Source: Deltaproteobacteria bacterium
GTDB taxonomy: Bacteria > Desulfobacterota > Dissulfuribacteria > Dissulfuribacterales > UBA3076
Length of the DNA: 51,955 nucleotides
Assembly: GCA_030262715.1 (NCBI GenBank)
Contig: JAJSZR010000002.1
Span: 1-51,955 of the forward strand
Direction of reading: 5' to 3'
The translations under genes were made by a program, and so were the position numbers. This document shows, piece by piece, positions 7,306-16,979 of the stretch (the stretch's first letter is position 1; every line of letters begins with the position of its first letter). Below the pieces are notes generated by a model that worked only from the letters and a program-made list of their open reading frames with translations, was not told the DNA's origin and made no database searches.

Positions 7306-9348
7306 TCAATGCGGGTCAAAAACATTCCATCTCGGAGTGTTCAGAAGGTTTTTCTTTGGTACCGTCCTAAGTTCTTTGATCCTGTCCCGGAGTTCAGCAG
7401 CTTTCTCAAACCTGTGTTCCTTGGCAGCGGTCTTCATCTCCCGCTCAAGGACTTTGATAAGTTTTTTCACGTCTGGGATGTTCAGCAGCTCTACATAGGG
7501 AGCTGTTGCCTCAGCTATCTGCCTGTCCAACTGCTGCTTTTCCTCATAGATTGAAGAAAGGGCATCTTTAACTGCCTTTTTTATAGTGACCGGAGTAATA
7601 TTATGTATCCGATTGTATTCTATCTGTATCCGGCGCCTCCGTTCGGTTTCCTCCATGGCCCGCTTCATGGAACCTGTGACCTTGTCTGCATAAAGCAGCA
7701 CCATGCCACCGGCATTCCGGCTGGCCCGCCCTGCTGTCTGAATAAGGGACCGTTCCGAACGAAGAAAGCCCTCCTTGTCTGCATCCAGCACTGCTACCAG
7801 GGACACCTCCGGGATATCGAGCCCCTCTCTCAAGAGATTAATTCCTATCAGTACATCAAAGTCACCACGCCTTAGACCCTGGATCAACTGGCTCCTCTCT
7901 ATGGTTTTGATATCCGAATGGAGATATTCAACGCGAATCCCTACTGAGGAATAGTATTCTGTGAGGGCCTCTGCCATCCTCTTTGTCAGGGTAGTGACAA
8001 GGACCCGCTCATCTCTCGCAACGGTTTTTTGTATCTCCTCCATAAGATCATCCACCTGGGTGCCGGCAGGCCTCACTTCTATCGGCGGATCTGCAAGACC
8101 TGTCGGCCTTATGATTTGCTCCACCACGGCTCCTCCTGCCTTTTCAAGCTCATATGGCCCTGGAGTGGCAGAGATGCAAATGACCTGGCCCACGGCCTTT
8201 TCAAACTCGTCAAACCGTAATGGACGGTTGTCAAGGGCTGAGGGAAGTCTGAAACCAAACTCAACAAGGGTCTCTTTCCTGGAACGATCCCCGGCGTACA
8301 TGCCCCTTATCTGAGGAATGCTTATGTGGCTTTCGTCAATGAAGGTTACAAAATCCTTTGGGAAATAGTCCAAAAGTGCAGGAGGTGGCTCTCCCGGGGG
8401 ACGGCCTGAGAGGTGTCTTGCGTAGTTCTCGATCCCATGGCAATAACCCAGTTCCTGAAGCATCTCAAGATCCAGGTTGGTCCTCTGTTCAAGGCGCTGG
8501 GCCTCAACTAATCTATTCTGAGACTCAAAAAACAGGAGTCTTTCGTCCAGCTCTGCCTTGATGCTCAAAATGGCCCGGTCCAATCTGCCTTCAGATGCTA
8601 CATAGTGGCTCGATGGATATATGATGGTTTCTTTCAAGAAAGCAATGGCCTGCCCCTTGAGTGGGTCAATAATACTTATATTTTCGATTTCGTCTCCAAA
8701 GAGTTCGACCCTTATAGCGTATTTATCCTCGTGGGCAGGGAAAACCTCAACTATGTCTCCCCGAACCCTGAAGGTCCCCCGGTGGAAATCGATATCGTTT
8801 CGCTCATACAGCATGGCGACCAGCGAGGCCAGGATTTCTTCTCTGGGACGCTCATCGTCCACCCTCAAGTATAGCTGCATCTGCCGGTATTCTTTAGGAG
8901 AGCCCAGGCCATAGATACATGATACGCTGGCCACAATTATCACATCCCTTCTGGTGAGCAGTGAGTGTGTGGCAGAATGACGAAGCCTGTCAATAAAGTC
9001 ATTGATGGATGAATCCTTCTGAATGTAGGTATCGGATTGAGGTATATATGCCTCTGGCTGGTAGTAATCGTAATAGCTTACAAAATATTCAACTGCGTTT
9101 TCCGGGAAAAGGGTCTTGAATTCCCCGAAGAGCTGCGCAGCAAGGGTCTTGTTCGGTGCAATTACCAGGGCAGGCCGTTGCGCCTGGGTCATTATGTTGG
9201 CCATGGTAAAGGTCTTGCCGGATCCGGTGACTCCAAGGAGTGTCTGAAGGCAAAGGCCTTTTTGAAGGCCTTCGGCAAGGGTGACAATGGCTCCTGGCTG
9301 GTCTCCGCAGGGAGAGAAATCTGAGTATAGACGAAAAGGCAAATTCAT
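7306..9348 (-). CDS. uvrB: Excinuclease ABC subunit B
   Basis: [51 protein letters not shown]. Likely start MNLPF at 9348. Confidence 0.97.
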   Translation of the reverse strand: MNLPFRLYSDFSPCGDQPGAIVTLAEGLQKGLCLQTLLGVTGSGKTFTMANIMTQAQRPALVIAPNKTLAAQLFGEFKTLFPENAVEYFVSYYDYYQPEAYIPQSDTYIQKDSSINDFIDRLRHSATHSLLTRRDVIIVASVSCIYGLGSPKEYRQMQLYLRVDDERPREEILASLVAMLYERNDIDFHRGTFRVRGDIVEVFPAHEDKYAIRVELFGDEIENISIIDPLKGQAIAFLKETIIYPSSHYVASEGRLDRAILSIKAELDERLLFFESQNRLVEAQRLEQRTNLDLEMLQELGYCHGIENYARHLSGRPPGEPPPALLDYFPKDFVTFIDESHISIPQIRGMYAGDRSRKETLVEFGFRLPSALDNRPLRFDEFEKAVGQVICISATPGPYELEKAGGAVVEQIIRPTGLADPPIEVRPAGTQVDDLMEEIQKTVARDERVLVTTLTKRMAEALTEYYSSVGIRVEYLHSDIKTIERSQLIQGLRRGDFDVLIGINLLREGLDIPEVSLVAVLDADKEGFLRSERSLIQTAGRASRNAGGMVLLYADKVTGSMKRAMEETERRRRIQIEYNRIHNITPVTIKKAVKDALSSIYEEKQQLDRQIAEATAPYVELLNIPDVKKLIKVLEREMKTAAKEHRFEKAAELRDRIKELRTVPKKNLLNTPRWNVFDPH

Positions 9349-9434
9349 TGTCGCGTCTGCTTGTGGTTTTGTTGCTTCACCATTAGAATCAAACCGCAAA
9401 AAAGTTCCCATATTCAATAAACTCTATAAATAAC

Positions 9435-9642
9435 GGCGTCCTTCACGACAAGTCAAAAGTAGTTTACACTTTGTTGATCTTGTATTTTGGCGATGAAATT
9501 TGAAACTTGAAATTGGGAAAAACACAAAGATGTAGATGAATTACCTAATTTCGAATTTCGAATTTCCAGTTTCGACATCGGCATTCAATTCGATAATGCA
9601 CACTTTTTCAAAAAAAGTGTAAACTGGTGAATGAAGGATGTC
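9435..9642 (+). mobile_element. ~210-bp MITE-like repeat, copy 1
   Basis: Terminal IR GGC(G/A)TCCTTCA...TGAAGGATG(T/C)C, sub-terminal IR AGTTTACACTT/AAGTGTAAACT, inner facing GAAATT/AATTTC heptamer arrays; near-identical to the copies at 16727 and 30331. Confidence 0.85.
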
Positions 9643-9703
9643 TAAATCACTATAGGGAGCCGCTTGCAAAACTCAAGAGAAAGACGGAAACGGAGCCGCA
9701 GAT

Positions 9704-11416
9704 ATGACCACGACCGATTCTCATCCATCATCTGACTTCATTCGCGATATCATCGCAGAGGACTTGAGGATAAACAAGAATGAAGGTCGAGTTGTGACCC
9801 GGTTCCCACCAGAGCCGAACGGCTATCTCCATATCGGACACGCCAAGTCCATCTGCCTCAATTTTGGAATTGCTGCGGAAAACAAAGGTGGCGTCTGCCA
9901 CCTGCGTTTTGATGACACAGATCCCGGCAAGGAAGACATTGAATATATTGAGTCGATCAAAAGAGACGTCAAGTGGCTTGGTTTTGACTGGGGCAAACAT
10001 CTCTACTATGCATCCGACTACTTTGATCAGTTGTATGAGTATGCGGTTCAGTTAATAAAAAAAGGGAGGGCCTATGTCTGCAGCCTGAGCCCGGAGGAAG
10101 TCAAAGAATACCGCGGCACATTGACTGAGCCCGGCAAGGACAGCCCGTATCGCTCGCGTCCGGTGGAGGAGAACCTGGACTTGTTTGCGCGCATGCGCGC
10201 AGGAGAATTTGGGGACGGAACTCACATACTCAGGGCAAAAATTGATATGGCATCTCCGAATCTGAATATGCGGGATCCGGCCATCTATCGTATTAAACGG
10301 ATGCCGCATCACAGGACAGGCGACAAGTGGTGCATTTATCCCATGTATGACTACACTCACTGCCTTTCTGATTCCATCGAAGGGATCACACATTCCATCT
10401 GTACGCTGGAATTTGAGGATCATCGCCCCTTATACGACTGGGTGCTCGACCAATTGGACGTTGAGTGTCATCCCCAGCAGATCGAGTTTGCCCGCCTCAA
10501 TCTCAGCTACACCATCATGAGCAAGCGAAAGCTTATGAAACTGGTGGAATCCGGTGCTGTCACCGGATGGGATGATCCGCGGATGCCTACGATATCCGGT
10601 CTGCGGAGACGTGGATACACCCCGAAGTCGATCCGGGATTTTTGTGAGCGTATCGGAGTAGCAAAGAGGGACAGCACGGTCGATGTGGCGCTGCTCGAAC
10701 ACTGTGTGCGCCAGGATCTGAATCAAAAGGCACTACGTGTCATGGGGGTGTTGCGTCCGCTCAAGGTGGTCATAGAAAACTACCAGGAAAATCAGATGGA
10801 AGAACTGGAGGCCGTCAACAACCCTGAAGACGCTGGAATGGGCTGCAGGAAAGTTCCTTTTTCAAGGGTGCTGTATATAGAACAGGAAGACTTTCGTGAA
10901 GATCCGCCGAAAAAGTACTTCCGCCTGGCCCCGGGCCGGGAGGTGCGGCTGAGATACGCATATTATATAAAGTGTGTTGGAGTAAAAAAGGATGAACGGA
11001 CCGGCGAAATAATAGAGCTGCGCTGCACCTTTGATCCTGAAACTCGAGGCGGTGGAGCTCCGGATGGACGTAAGGTCAAGGCAACATTGCATTGGGTTTC
11101 GGCTGCCCACTCACTCGATGCCGAAGTACGCCTGTACGATCATCTCTTCCTGAAAGCAAATCCCGATGAAGTAAAGGATGGCACTGATTTCAGAGCGAAT
11201 TTGAATCCGAACTCCCTGGAGACCTTGACGTCGTGCCGTGTGGAGCCGAGTCTGGCAAACGCGACACCAGGGAGTCGTTACCAATTTGAGAGACAGGGCT
11301 ATTTCTGCGTGGATACTCAAGACTCTTCTGATGAATCACTGGTGTTCAATCGCACGGTGACGTTGCGTGATCCCTGGGCCAAGATCGAAAAAGCCATGAA
11401 AAACAAACCGCGATAG
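9704..11416 (+). CDS. glnS: Glutamine--tRNA ligase
   Basis: [37 protein letters not shown]. Confidence 0.97.
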   Translation: MTTTDSHPSSDFIRDIIAEDLRINKNEGRVVTRFPPEPNGYLHIGHAKSICLNFGIAAENKGGVCHLRFDDTDPGKEDIEYIESIKRDVKWLGFDWGKHLYYASDYFDQLYEYAVQLIKKGRAYVCSLSPEEVKEYRGTLTEPGKDSPYRSRPVEENLDLFARMRAGEFGDGTHILRAKIDMASPNLNMRDPAIYRIKRMPHHRTGDKWCIYPMYDYTHCLSDSIEGITHSICTLEFEDHRPLYDWVLDQLDVECHPQQIEFARLNLSYTIMSKRKLMKLVESGAVTGWDDPRMPTISGLRRRGYTPKSIRDFCERIGVAKRDSTVDVALLEHCVRQDLNQKALRVMGVLRPLKVVIENYQENQMEELEAVNNPEDAGMGCRKVPFSRVLYIEQEDFREDPPKKYFRLAPGREVRLRYAYYIKCVGVKKDERTGEIIELRCTFDPETRGGGAPDGRKVKATLHWVSAAHSLDAEVRLYDHLFLKANPDEVKDGTDFRANLNPNSLETLTSCRVEPSLANATPGSRYQFERQGYFCVDTQDSSDESLVFNRTVTLRDPWAKIEKAMKNKPR

Positions 11417-11440
11417 GCTCAGAAACAATTAAGTTAAATA

Positions 11441-11515
11441 GGACACAGATTTTCGCAGATATACACAGATAATAATATTATTCATAGATTTGATAATCTA
11501 TGTTCATCTGTGTCC
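11441..11515. repeat. Inverted array of ~10-mer repeats (ACACAGAT / ATCTGTGT)
   Basis: GGACACAGAT (11441-50) pairs with ATCTGTGTCC (11506-15), with inner variant copies on both sides. Confidence 0.7.
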
Positions 11516-11548
11516 AAAAATGGAAATTCCTGTTAAGGATACAGCAAC

Positions 11549-13090
11549 ATGCAATCTCAGGACTACGATAAAACCAAGGACAACATACGTGTCCGATTTG
11601 CCCCGAGCCCCACTGGGTATCTCCATATTGGCGGGGCCCGTACTGCTATATATAACTGGCTCTTTGCCAAAAAACATAAGGGCGTTTTTATATTGAGAAT
11701 CGAGGACACAGACATCGAACGTTCCACAACCGATTCCATCCAGGGGATCATAGATGGGCTCGATTGGCTGGGGCTCAATTGGGACGAGGGTCCGTATTTT
11801 CAGTCGAAATACATTGAGGAGCATAAGAAGGCTGCTATGCGGCTGGTTGAAACAGGCCATGCCTACAAGTGTTTCTGCACCAAGGAAGAACTCGATGTAA
11901 AGAGGAAGGCCGCTTTGGCAGCCAAACAGTCTGTTCAATACGACAGGACCTGCAGGAGGCTCACATCAGAGGCTATAGCTGCCAAAGAGGCCCAGGGGAT
12001 TCCTTATGTCATTCGCTTCAAGGTACCTGAACAACAAGGTGCGGTATATTTCAATGACTCGGTCTACGGGCCGATTGAAAAGCAATATCAGGATATTGAG
12101 GATTTTGTTATAGTGCGATCTGATGGCTCTCCGCTGTATCTCCTTTCAAACGCCGTGGACGACATCCGGGATGGAATCACCCATGTGATCCGGGGGCAGG
12201 ACGGCCTTGCCAATACTCCCAGGCAGATCCTTATCTATGAGGCCTTAGGAGCAAGACCTCCGGTATTCGCCCACATGCCTCTTACCCTGGACCTCAAGAA
12301 GCGAAAGATATCCAAGCGGACTCATGGTGAACTGGTATCAGTGCAGTTTTACAGGGATCATGGATTTCTGCCATGGGCCCTTGTGAACTACCTTGTGCTT
12401 CTCGGCTGGCACACCCCTGATGACCGCGAGATATTCAGCAGGGAGGAGCTGATAGATGCCTTCTCACTTGAGGGCATAGGCCGGGCAAATTCTATATTCA
12501 ATTACACTCCGGGAGATCCAAAGTTTTTCACAGACCCCAAGGCCCTTTCAATAAATTCCCATTTTCTGAGGACATTGCCCATAGAAGAGATCGCCGAATC
12601 TGTAAAAGAGGAATTCATCACAGCGGGCATCTGGGACCCGGCATATGATGGGACAAAAAGGCAGTGGTTTCTTGCTACCCTGGATCTAATAAGGAGTCGT
12701 TTTCATACCTTCAAAGACTTTGCAGACATGGGAAGGGCATACTTCTCAGAGGACTTTCCCGTTGACCCCAAGGCCTTCAAAAAAAATGTGCTCAAGCATG
12801 AGGACCTCAAAGATTGGTTGCCGCAGCTTGCAGACCGCATGGAGCAGATCGATGCCTGGACAGTCGAAACCACTGAAGAGGTTATAAGGGTCTTTGCACA
12901 AGGGCTTGAAGTAAAGCCAGGTATCATTATCAATGCCATTCGCACTGTGGTTACAGGCCAGTTAGCGGGCCCGGGCATATTTGATGTGCTCAAAGCCATT
13001 GGAAAAGATCGGGTAGTCAAGAGGCTTCGCGGGGTACGTGAGCTGTTTACAAAGCACCGGGAGTCTTCACTACAATCCATTAAAGGATGA
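11549..13090 (+). CDS. gltX: Glutamate--tRNA ligase
   Basis: RFAPSPTGYLHIGG, LRIEDTD, THVIRG, KISKR. Confidence 0.96.
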   Translation: MQSQDYDKTKDNIRVRFAPSPTGYLHIGGARTAIYNWLFAKKHKGVFILRIEDTDIERSTTDSIQGIIDGLDWLGLNWDEGPYFQSKYIEEHKKAAMRLVETGHAYKCFCTKEELDVKRKAALAAKQSVQYDRTCRRLTSEAIAAKEAQGIPYVIRFKVPEQQGAVYFNDSVYGPIEKQYQDIEDFVIVRSDGSPLYLLSNAVDDIRDGITHVIRGQDGLANTPRQILIYEALGARPPVFAHMPLTLDLKKRKISKRTHGELVSVQFYRDHGFLPWALVNYLVLLGWHTPDDREIFSREELIDAFSLEGIGRANSIFNYTPGDPKFFTDPKALSINSHFLRTLPIEEIAESVKEEFITAGIWDPAYDGTKRQWFLATLDLIRSRFHTFKDFADMGRAYFSEDFPVDPKAFKKNVLKHEDLKDWLPQLADRMEQIDAWTVETTEEVIRVFAQGLEVKPGIIINAIRTVVTGQLAGPGIFDVLKAIGKDRVVKRLRGVRELFTKHRESSLQSIKG

Positions 13091-13109
13091 CAACAAGAAA
13101 CATGCTCAC

Positions 13110-13195
13110 AACTTACTTAGGTGTTTAGGTTGAAGGCTGTTAGATCACTTCAGCCTTCAACCTCCCACCTTCAGTCTATCACCTGAGTAGTTACC
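13110..13195. repeat. Heptamer-based inverted repeat element between convergent genes (possible bidirectional terminator)
   Basis: Perfect AGGTTGAAGGCTG/CAGCCTTCAACCT stem, TTCAGCC-type 7-mers, right end CACCTGAGTAGTTAC. Confidence 0.65.
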
Positions 13196-13201
13196 ATGGT
13201 T

Positions 13202-13681
13202 TTAGCGTAAGTTGCCGCCCTTGCAACTTCCCTTGTGCCCTCTAGGACCGCTTCCCCCAACCTGAAGCTGCATCACATCCATTTTTCTCTTCTGTTCCGG
13301 CGTGAGTATCGAGAGAAGATAGATCACTGATTTCGTACGAGCGGCGATCATCTTGCCCTTTAATTCACCAATTTGTCCAGCCAGTATATCTACCCTGGAC
13401 AGGTTTGGTTCGTCCTCACCCGTCTCGCTCCTGAGATCGACCCAGAGGGTCTGTAATTCCGCCCGCAGCTTGATCATCTGTTTCTGACTCTTTATACGTT
13501 CCTCTTTCAGTTTTTTGACCTGATCTGCAGTCAGATCGAGATTGGCCATTATTTGAGGGCCGGCCTTTATTACTTCAGGACCGTCCTGGCCTCCAGGTCC
13601 AAACGCACTTGCATTCCCTGCTGAGAACACCAGCCCCATAACAAGCAACATCACCATTACAGTCCTTGCATTTTTTCTCAT
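13202..13681 (-). CDS. Periplasmic Spy/CpxP-family protein
   Basis: Signal peptide, LDLTADQ and LTPEQ (LTxxQ) motifs. Confidence 0.85.
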   Translation of the reverse strand: MRKNARTVMVMLLVMGLVFSAGNASAFGPGGQDGPEVIKAGPQIMANLDLTADQVKKLKEERIKSQKQMIKLRAELQTLWVDLRSETGEDEPNLSRVDILAGQIGELKGKMIAARTKSVIYLLSILTPEQKRKMDVMQLQVGGSGPRGHKGSCKGGNLR

Positions 13682-13724
13682 TTTGATTTCTCCTTTTTTG
13701 TGTGTATTTTCTTGCGTTGTATCT

Positions 13725-14198
13725 TTAAATCAACAGCTTAGCTACTTCAGGCGGTATTCCAAACTCCTCATAATCAGAGGCATTGTCTTCTGAATAGACC
13801 TCCGTATTCCCAAAGCCAAGGACTTCGAGGTTCTCGGCATAGCCTGCCAGGACCTCCTGCTCAGTCATATGAATACGGGGGCCAAAAAACGCAGGCATGT
13901 ATAGGACCAGCATGATTATGACTGCTCCAACCAAGGCGGGCGCGATCCACCACCAGTACCTTGGAGCTGAAGGCTCGGGTTCCCTGGCGGCGTGGCGTAA
14001 GATACGCTGTACCAGGTCTTGAGGAGGATCGATGTCGGTGCCTTCACTTAAGGCCATAACGGATCGTTTAAACTCCTCAGCGACCTGACGGCAGGCGGCA
14101 CATTTCGCCAGATGCGCATCAAGCGCCTCTTTCTTTCCAGGAGATAAAATACCCAACTCTTGTTCGGCAAGCCGTTTTTCGACTTTACTGCATCTCAT
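13725..14198 (-). CDS. Membrane anti-sigma factor, zf-HC2 type
   Basis: HLAKCAAC (HxxxCxxC) followed by one TM helix; lies downstream of the ECF sigma gene. Confidence 0.88.
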   Translation of the reverse strand: MRCSKVEKRLAEQELGILSPGKKEALDAHLAKCAACRQVAEEFKRSVMALSEGTDIDPPQDLVQRILRHAAREPEPSAPRYWWWIAPALVGAVIIMLVLYMPAFFGPRIHMTEQEVLAGYAENLEVLGFGNTEVYSEDNASDYEEFGIPPEVAKLLI

Positions 14199-14200
14199 GT

Positions 14201-14740
14201 TTACTCACCTCCCAATGCCTGATAGGCCCTATGAAAGGCCTTCAGACCTCTGCTCATACGGGATTTCACTGTTCCTAGTGATATGCCCTGGATCTGAGCC
14301 ATTTCCTGCAGGTTCAAATCCAACCCAAAGCGTAAGGCCAGGCCTTCCCTGTATTTGGGTTTCACCTTTTGAAGTGCCTGCCGTACACGCAAATTCCGTT
14401 CGCGCTTAAGCATCTCCTGTTCTGCCTGCGGTTCAATCGCAAGTTCTGGCGGCTCGTCGTTAGTCGGGATCTCGCGTCGGCGGCGTAATCGATCGCGGCC
14501 CAGGTTTGTAACTACCTTAAAGAGCCAGTTTTCAAAGGGCCGCTTAGGATCGTAACGTCCTCTTTGCTCAAATATCCGGAGAAAAGCATCTTGCGTAAAG
14601 TCGGCCGCTTCATCGGTCTGACCAAAGAGCCGTAGGCCCAGCCGGAATATTTTTTCCTGATAGTGCTCTATGATCATTCGGAAGGCCTCCATGTCACCTG
14701 CCTGGAACCGGACAAGTGTCTCAGGACCGATAGAGGACAT
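14201..14740 (-). CDS. ECF RNA polymerase sigma factor
   Basis: GDMEAF, DFTQDAFL, FENWL, GISLGTVKSRMSR; AGGAG RBS before ATG 14740. Confidence 0.93.
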   Translation of the reverse strand: MSSIGPETLVRFQAGDMEAFRMIIEHYQEKIFRLGLRLFGQTDEAADFTQDAFLRIFEQRGRYDPKRPFENWLFKVVTNLGRDRLRRRREIPTNDEPPELAIEPQAEQEMLKRERNLRVRQALQKVKPKYREGLALRFGLDLNLQEMAQIQGISLGTVKSRMSRGLKAFHRAYQALGGE

Positions 14741-14758
14741 ATTTTTCTCCTTTCTATA

Positions 14759-14786
14759 TATACGCATGAATTAGGGAAAAGGTTCC
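14759..14786 (-). promoter_or_regulatory. ECF-type (probably autoregulatory) promoter
   Basis: Minus strand GGAACC-N16-CGTATA, about 20 bp upstream of the ECF sigma start. Confidence 0.7.
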
Positions 14787-14821
14787 AACTTTTAAGATTT
14801 TGTTTCCGGGTAAGATGAAAG

Positions 14822-14988
14822 GTAAGCGTTTACGAAATTGGAAATTGGAAATTGGAAATTTGGATAAGTGGAACAAAAAGGTTCAGAACATCGTGGGCTA
14901 TCAGTAATACGATCATCTAAAGCAGTACAAAAGCATGAAGACCAAATTTCCAATTTCTAATTTCAAGTTTCAAGCCGTGAACGGCTAC
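14822..14988 (+). mobile_element. Heptamer-flanked micro-cassette A with four-helix-bundle gene remnant
   Basis: GTAAGCGTTTAC-(GAAATTG)n-[DKWNKKVQNIVGYQ...STKA*]-(AATTTC)n-AAGCCGTGAACGGCTAC. Confidence 0.75.
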
Positions 14989-15060
14989 GATGAAAGGTGG
15001 GCTTGCGAGATATCCACTTCAATGATGTCGCTGGCTCAAAAAGGACTTTTTTCAGCGGAA

Positions 15061-15921
15061 TCATATCTCGTCTGCCCTGAGCAACCGTATAACTCGTTCC
15101 AGATCCTGGACAGAACGATAGCGTATCTCCAACCTGCCGCCCTTTTTGGTCTGCACTATTTTTACCTTAGAACCAAGTCTGCGAGTCAGGTCTTCGCAAA
15201 GATTCTTGATGTCAGGATCTTCCTTTCTAACTCTTGCACTTAGCCTTTTTCCTTTGGCTAATCGACGGGCCAGGGCCTCTGCCTTGCGTACGGAAAGACT
15301 TTTTTTAATTATCTGGTCTCTTAACTCCTTTTGCCTTTCAGGATCCTCCACCGTCAAAAGGGCCCGGGTATGGCCCATGCTGAGCCGTCCATCAAGCAGA
15401 TCGGTTTGAGCATAGCCGGGTAAATTGAGAAGTCTCAGGAAATTGGCCACAGTGGACCTTTCCCTTCCCACTCTTGAGGCTACCTGGGACTGTGTAAGTC
15501 CCAGCTCATTAATAAGCCTGCCATAGGCCATAGCCTCTTCCAGGGGGTTCAAATCGTCTCTCTGGATATTCTCAACCAGTGCCAGCTCAAGAGGCTCGTC
15601 CGGGCTCACGTCCTTTATGACCACAGGGACCGCCTTAAGCCCGGCCTTTTGGGCCGCCCTCCACCGTCTTTCGCCGACTATCAGCTCATAAACACCATCA
15701 ACCTGGCAGACCACCAGGGGCTGAAGGACCCCTTTCTCCTTGATGGATCTGGCAAGGCCTTCAAGGGAATCATGATCCATACGCCTTCGCGGCTGATCGG
15801 GATTCGGCCGGATCTTTTCTATGGGACAGAGGAAAAATCCGGGACTCTCTAAATCATATATGTCTTCTGTAGATAGAAGGGCTCCAAGCCCTTTGCCTAA
15901 TCCCCTTTTGGGCTTCATCAC
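15061..15921 (-). CDS. parB: Chromosome partitioning protein ParB/Spo0J
   Basis: RGLGKGLGALL, PNPDQPR, GERRWRA, ENIQRDDLNPLEEA, HTH. Confidence 0.96.
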   Translation of the reverse strand: MMKPKRGLGKGLGALLSTEDIYDLESPGFFLCPIEKIRPNPDQPRRRMDHDSLEGLARSIKEKGVLQPLVVCQVDGVYELIVGERRWRAAQKAGLKAVPVVIKDVSPDEPLELALVENIQRDDLNPLEEAMAYGRLINELGLTQSQVASRVGRERSTVANFLRLLNLPGYAQTDLLDGRLSMGHTRALLTVEDPERQKELRDQIIKKSLSVRKAEALARRLAKGKRLSARVRKEDPDIKNLCEDLTRRLGSKVKIVQTKKGGRLEIRYRSVQDLERVIRLLRADEI

Positions 15922-16706
15922 GACCTCCTCTGGCAGCCCAGGAACTCACGAGCCAGGGCCAGATAGCTTTCTGCCCCCTTGGATCTCGGTTCGTATGAAA
16001 ATATCGTCTTTCCATGACTTGGGCTCTCACCCAATCTTACGTTTCTGGGGATAGTAGTCCTGTAAACCAGGTCTCTGAAATGTGTCCGGACCTCACGTGC
16101 GACTTGAAATGCAAGACGAATGCGGTAATCGTACATGGTCAGCAACAGTCCTTCAATATGTAGTCTGGGATTGAAGTTGTGTTTTACCAGCCTTATGATC
16201 TTTATCAATTGGCTCAAGCCCTCAAGTGCATAATATTCACATTGCATGGGAATAATTACGGAGCTGGAGGCACTCAGGGCATTTATGGTTATCAGACCAA
16301 GAGAGGGAGGACAGTCTAATAATATATAATCAAACGAACTTAAAGGAGCTAAAAGTTCCTTCAGTACGCCCTCTCTATTCTTGCGTGCTGCCAGATCCAC
16401 CTCTATGCCCACCAGGTCCATATTTGAAGGAATAATTGAAAGATTGGCAACGGGCGTAGGCTGTATCACTTCGGCCGTGCTGGCTAAACCAAGGATAGCG
16501 TGGTAGAGGTGCCTATCCAGCCCTTTTTGGCCAATTCCGAGGCCGCTGGTAGCGTTTCCCTGGGCATCGCAATCTACAAGCAATACAGACTTCTTGAGAA
16601 TGGAAAGGCCTGCTGCCAGATTAACCGCGGTTGTGGTCTTGCCCACGCCACCTTTCTGGTTAGCTATACATATTATCTTGGTTTTTCGTAACTGTGAGCT
16701 TGTCAT
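15918..16706 (-). CDS. parA: Chromosome partitioning ATPase ParA/Soj
   Basis: NQKGGVGKTT, DCPPSLG, QCEYYALEG, IPRNVRL. The ORF-track extension to 16883 runs through the MITE. Confidence 0.96.
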   Translation of the reverse strand: MTSSQLRKTKIICIANQKGGVGKTTTAVNLAAGLSILKKSVLLVDCDAQGNATSGLGIGQKGLDRHLYHAILGLASTAEVIQPTPVANLSIIPSNMDLVGIEVDLAARKNREGVLKELLAPLSSFDYILLDCPPSLGLITINALSASSSVIIPMQCEYYALEGLSQLIKIIRLVKHNFNPRLHIEGLLLTMYDYRIRLAFQVAREVRTHFRDLVYRTTIPRNVRLGESPSHGKTIFSYEPRSKGAESYLALAREFLGCQRRS

Positions 16707-16726
16707 TATTTTTGCGTGAAACTGAC

Positions 16727-16937
16727 GGCATCCTTCACGACAAGTCAAAAGTAGTTTACACTTTGTTGATCTTGTGTTTTGGCAGTGAAATTGGAAATTG
16801 GAAATTGGGGAAAACACAAAAAAGATGTAGATGCGTTGCCTAATTTCGAATTTCGAATTTCCAGTTTCGACATCGGCATTCAATTCGATAATACACGCTT
16901 TTTCGAAAAAAGTGTAAACTGGTGAACGAAGGATGCC
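16727..16937 (+). mobile_element. ~210-bp MITE-like repeat, copy 2
   Basis: GGCATCCTTC...GAAGGATGCC ends; near-identical to copies 1 and 3. Confidence 0.85.
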
Positions 16938-16979
16938 AAACTAACTTTATACTATAATCAATTTCAGGAGTATTAAGCC

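Noticed and set aside
14935-15243. ORFs with KFPISNF-like or KLEIRNWKL-like stretches (also 48701..49501 and the 5' extensions of hemE and the four-helix ORF)
   Set aside because: These are translations of heptamer arrays, often antisense to real genes.
15061-16706. parS site or replication origin near parAB
   Set aside because: No TGTTTCACGTGAAACA-like palindrome, DnaA-box cluster or dnaA/gidA neighbours were noticed by eye.
16707-16883. N-terminal extension of ParA in the ORF track
   Set aside because: It is a read-through of MITE copy 2 (SKFEIR/ISNFQF are heptamer translations); ParA homology starts near 16706.
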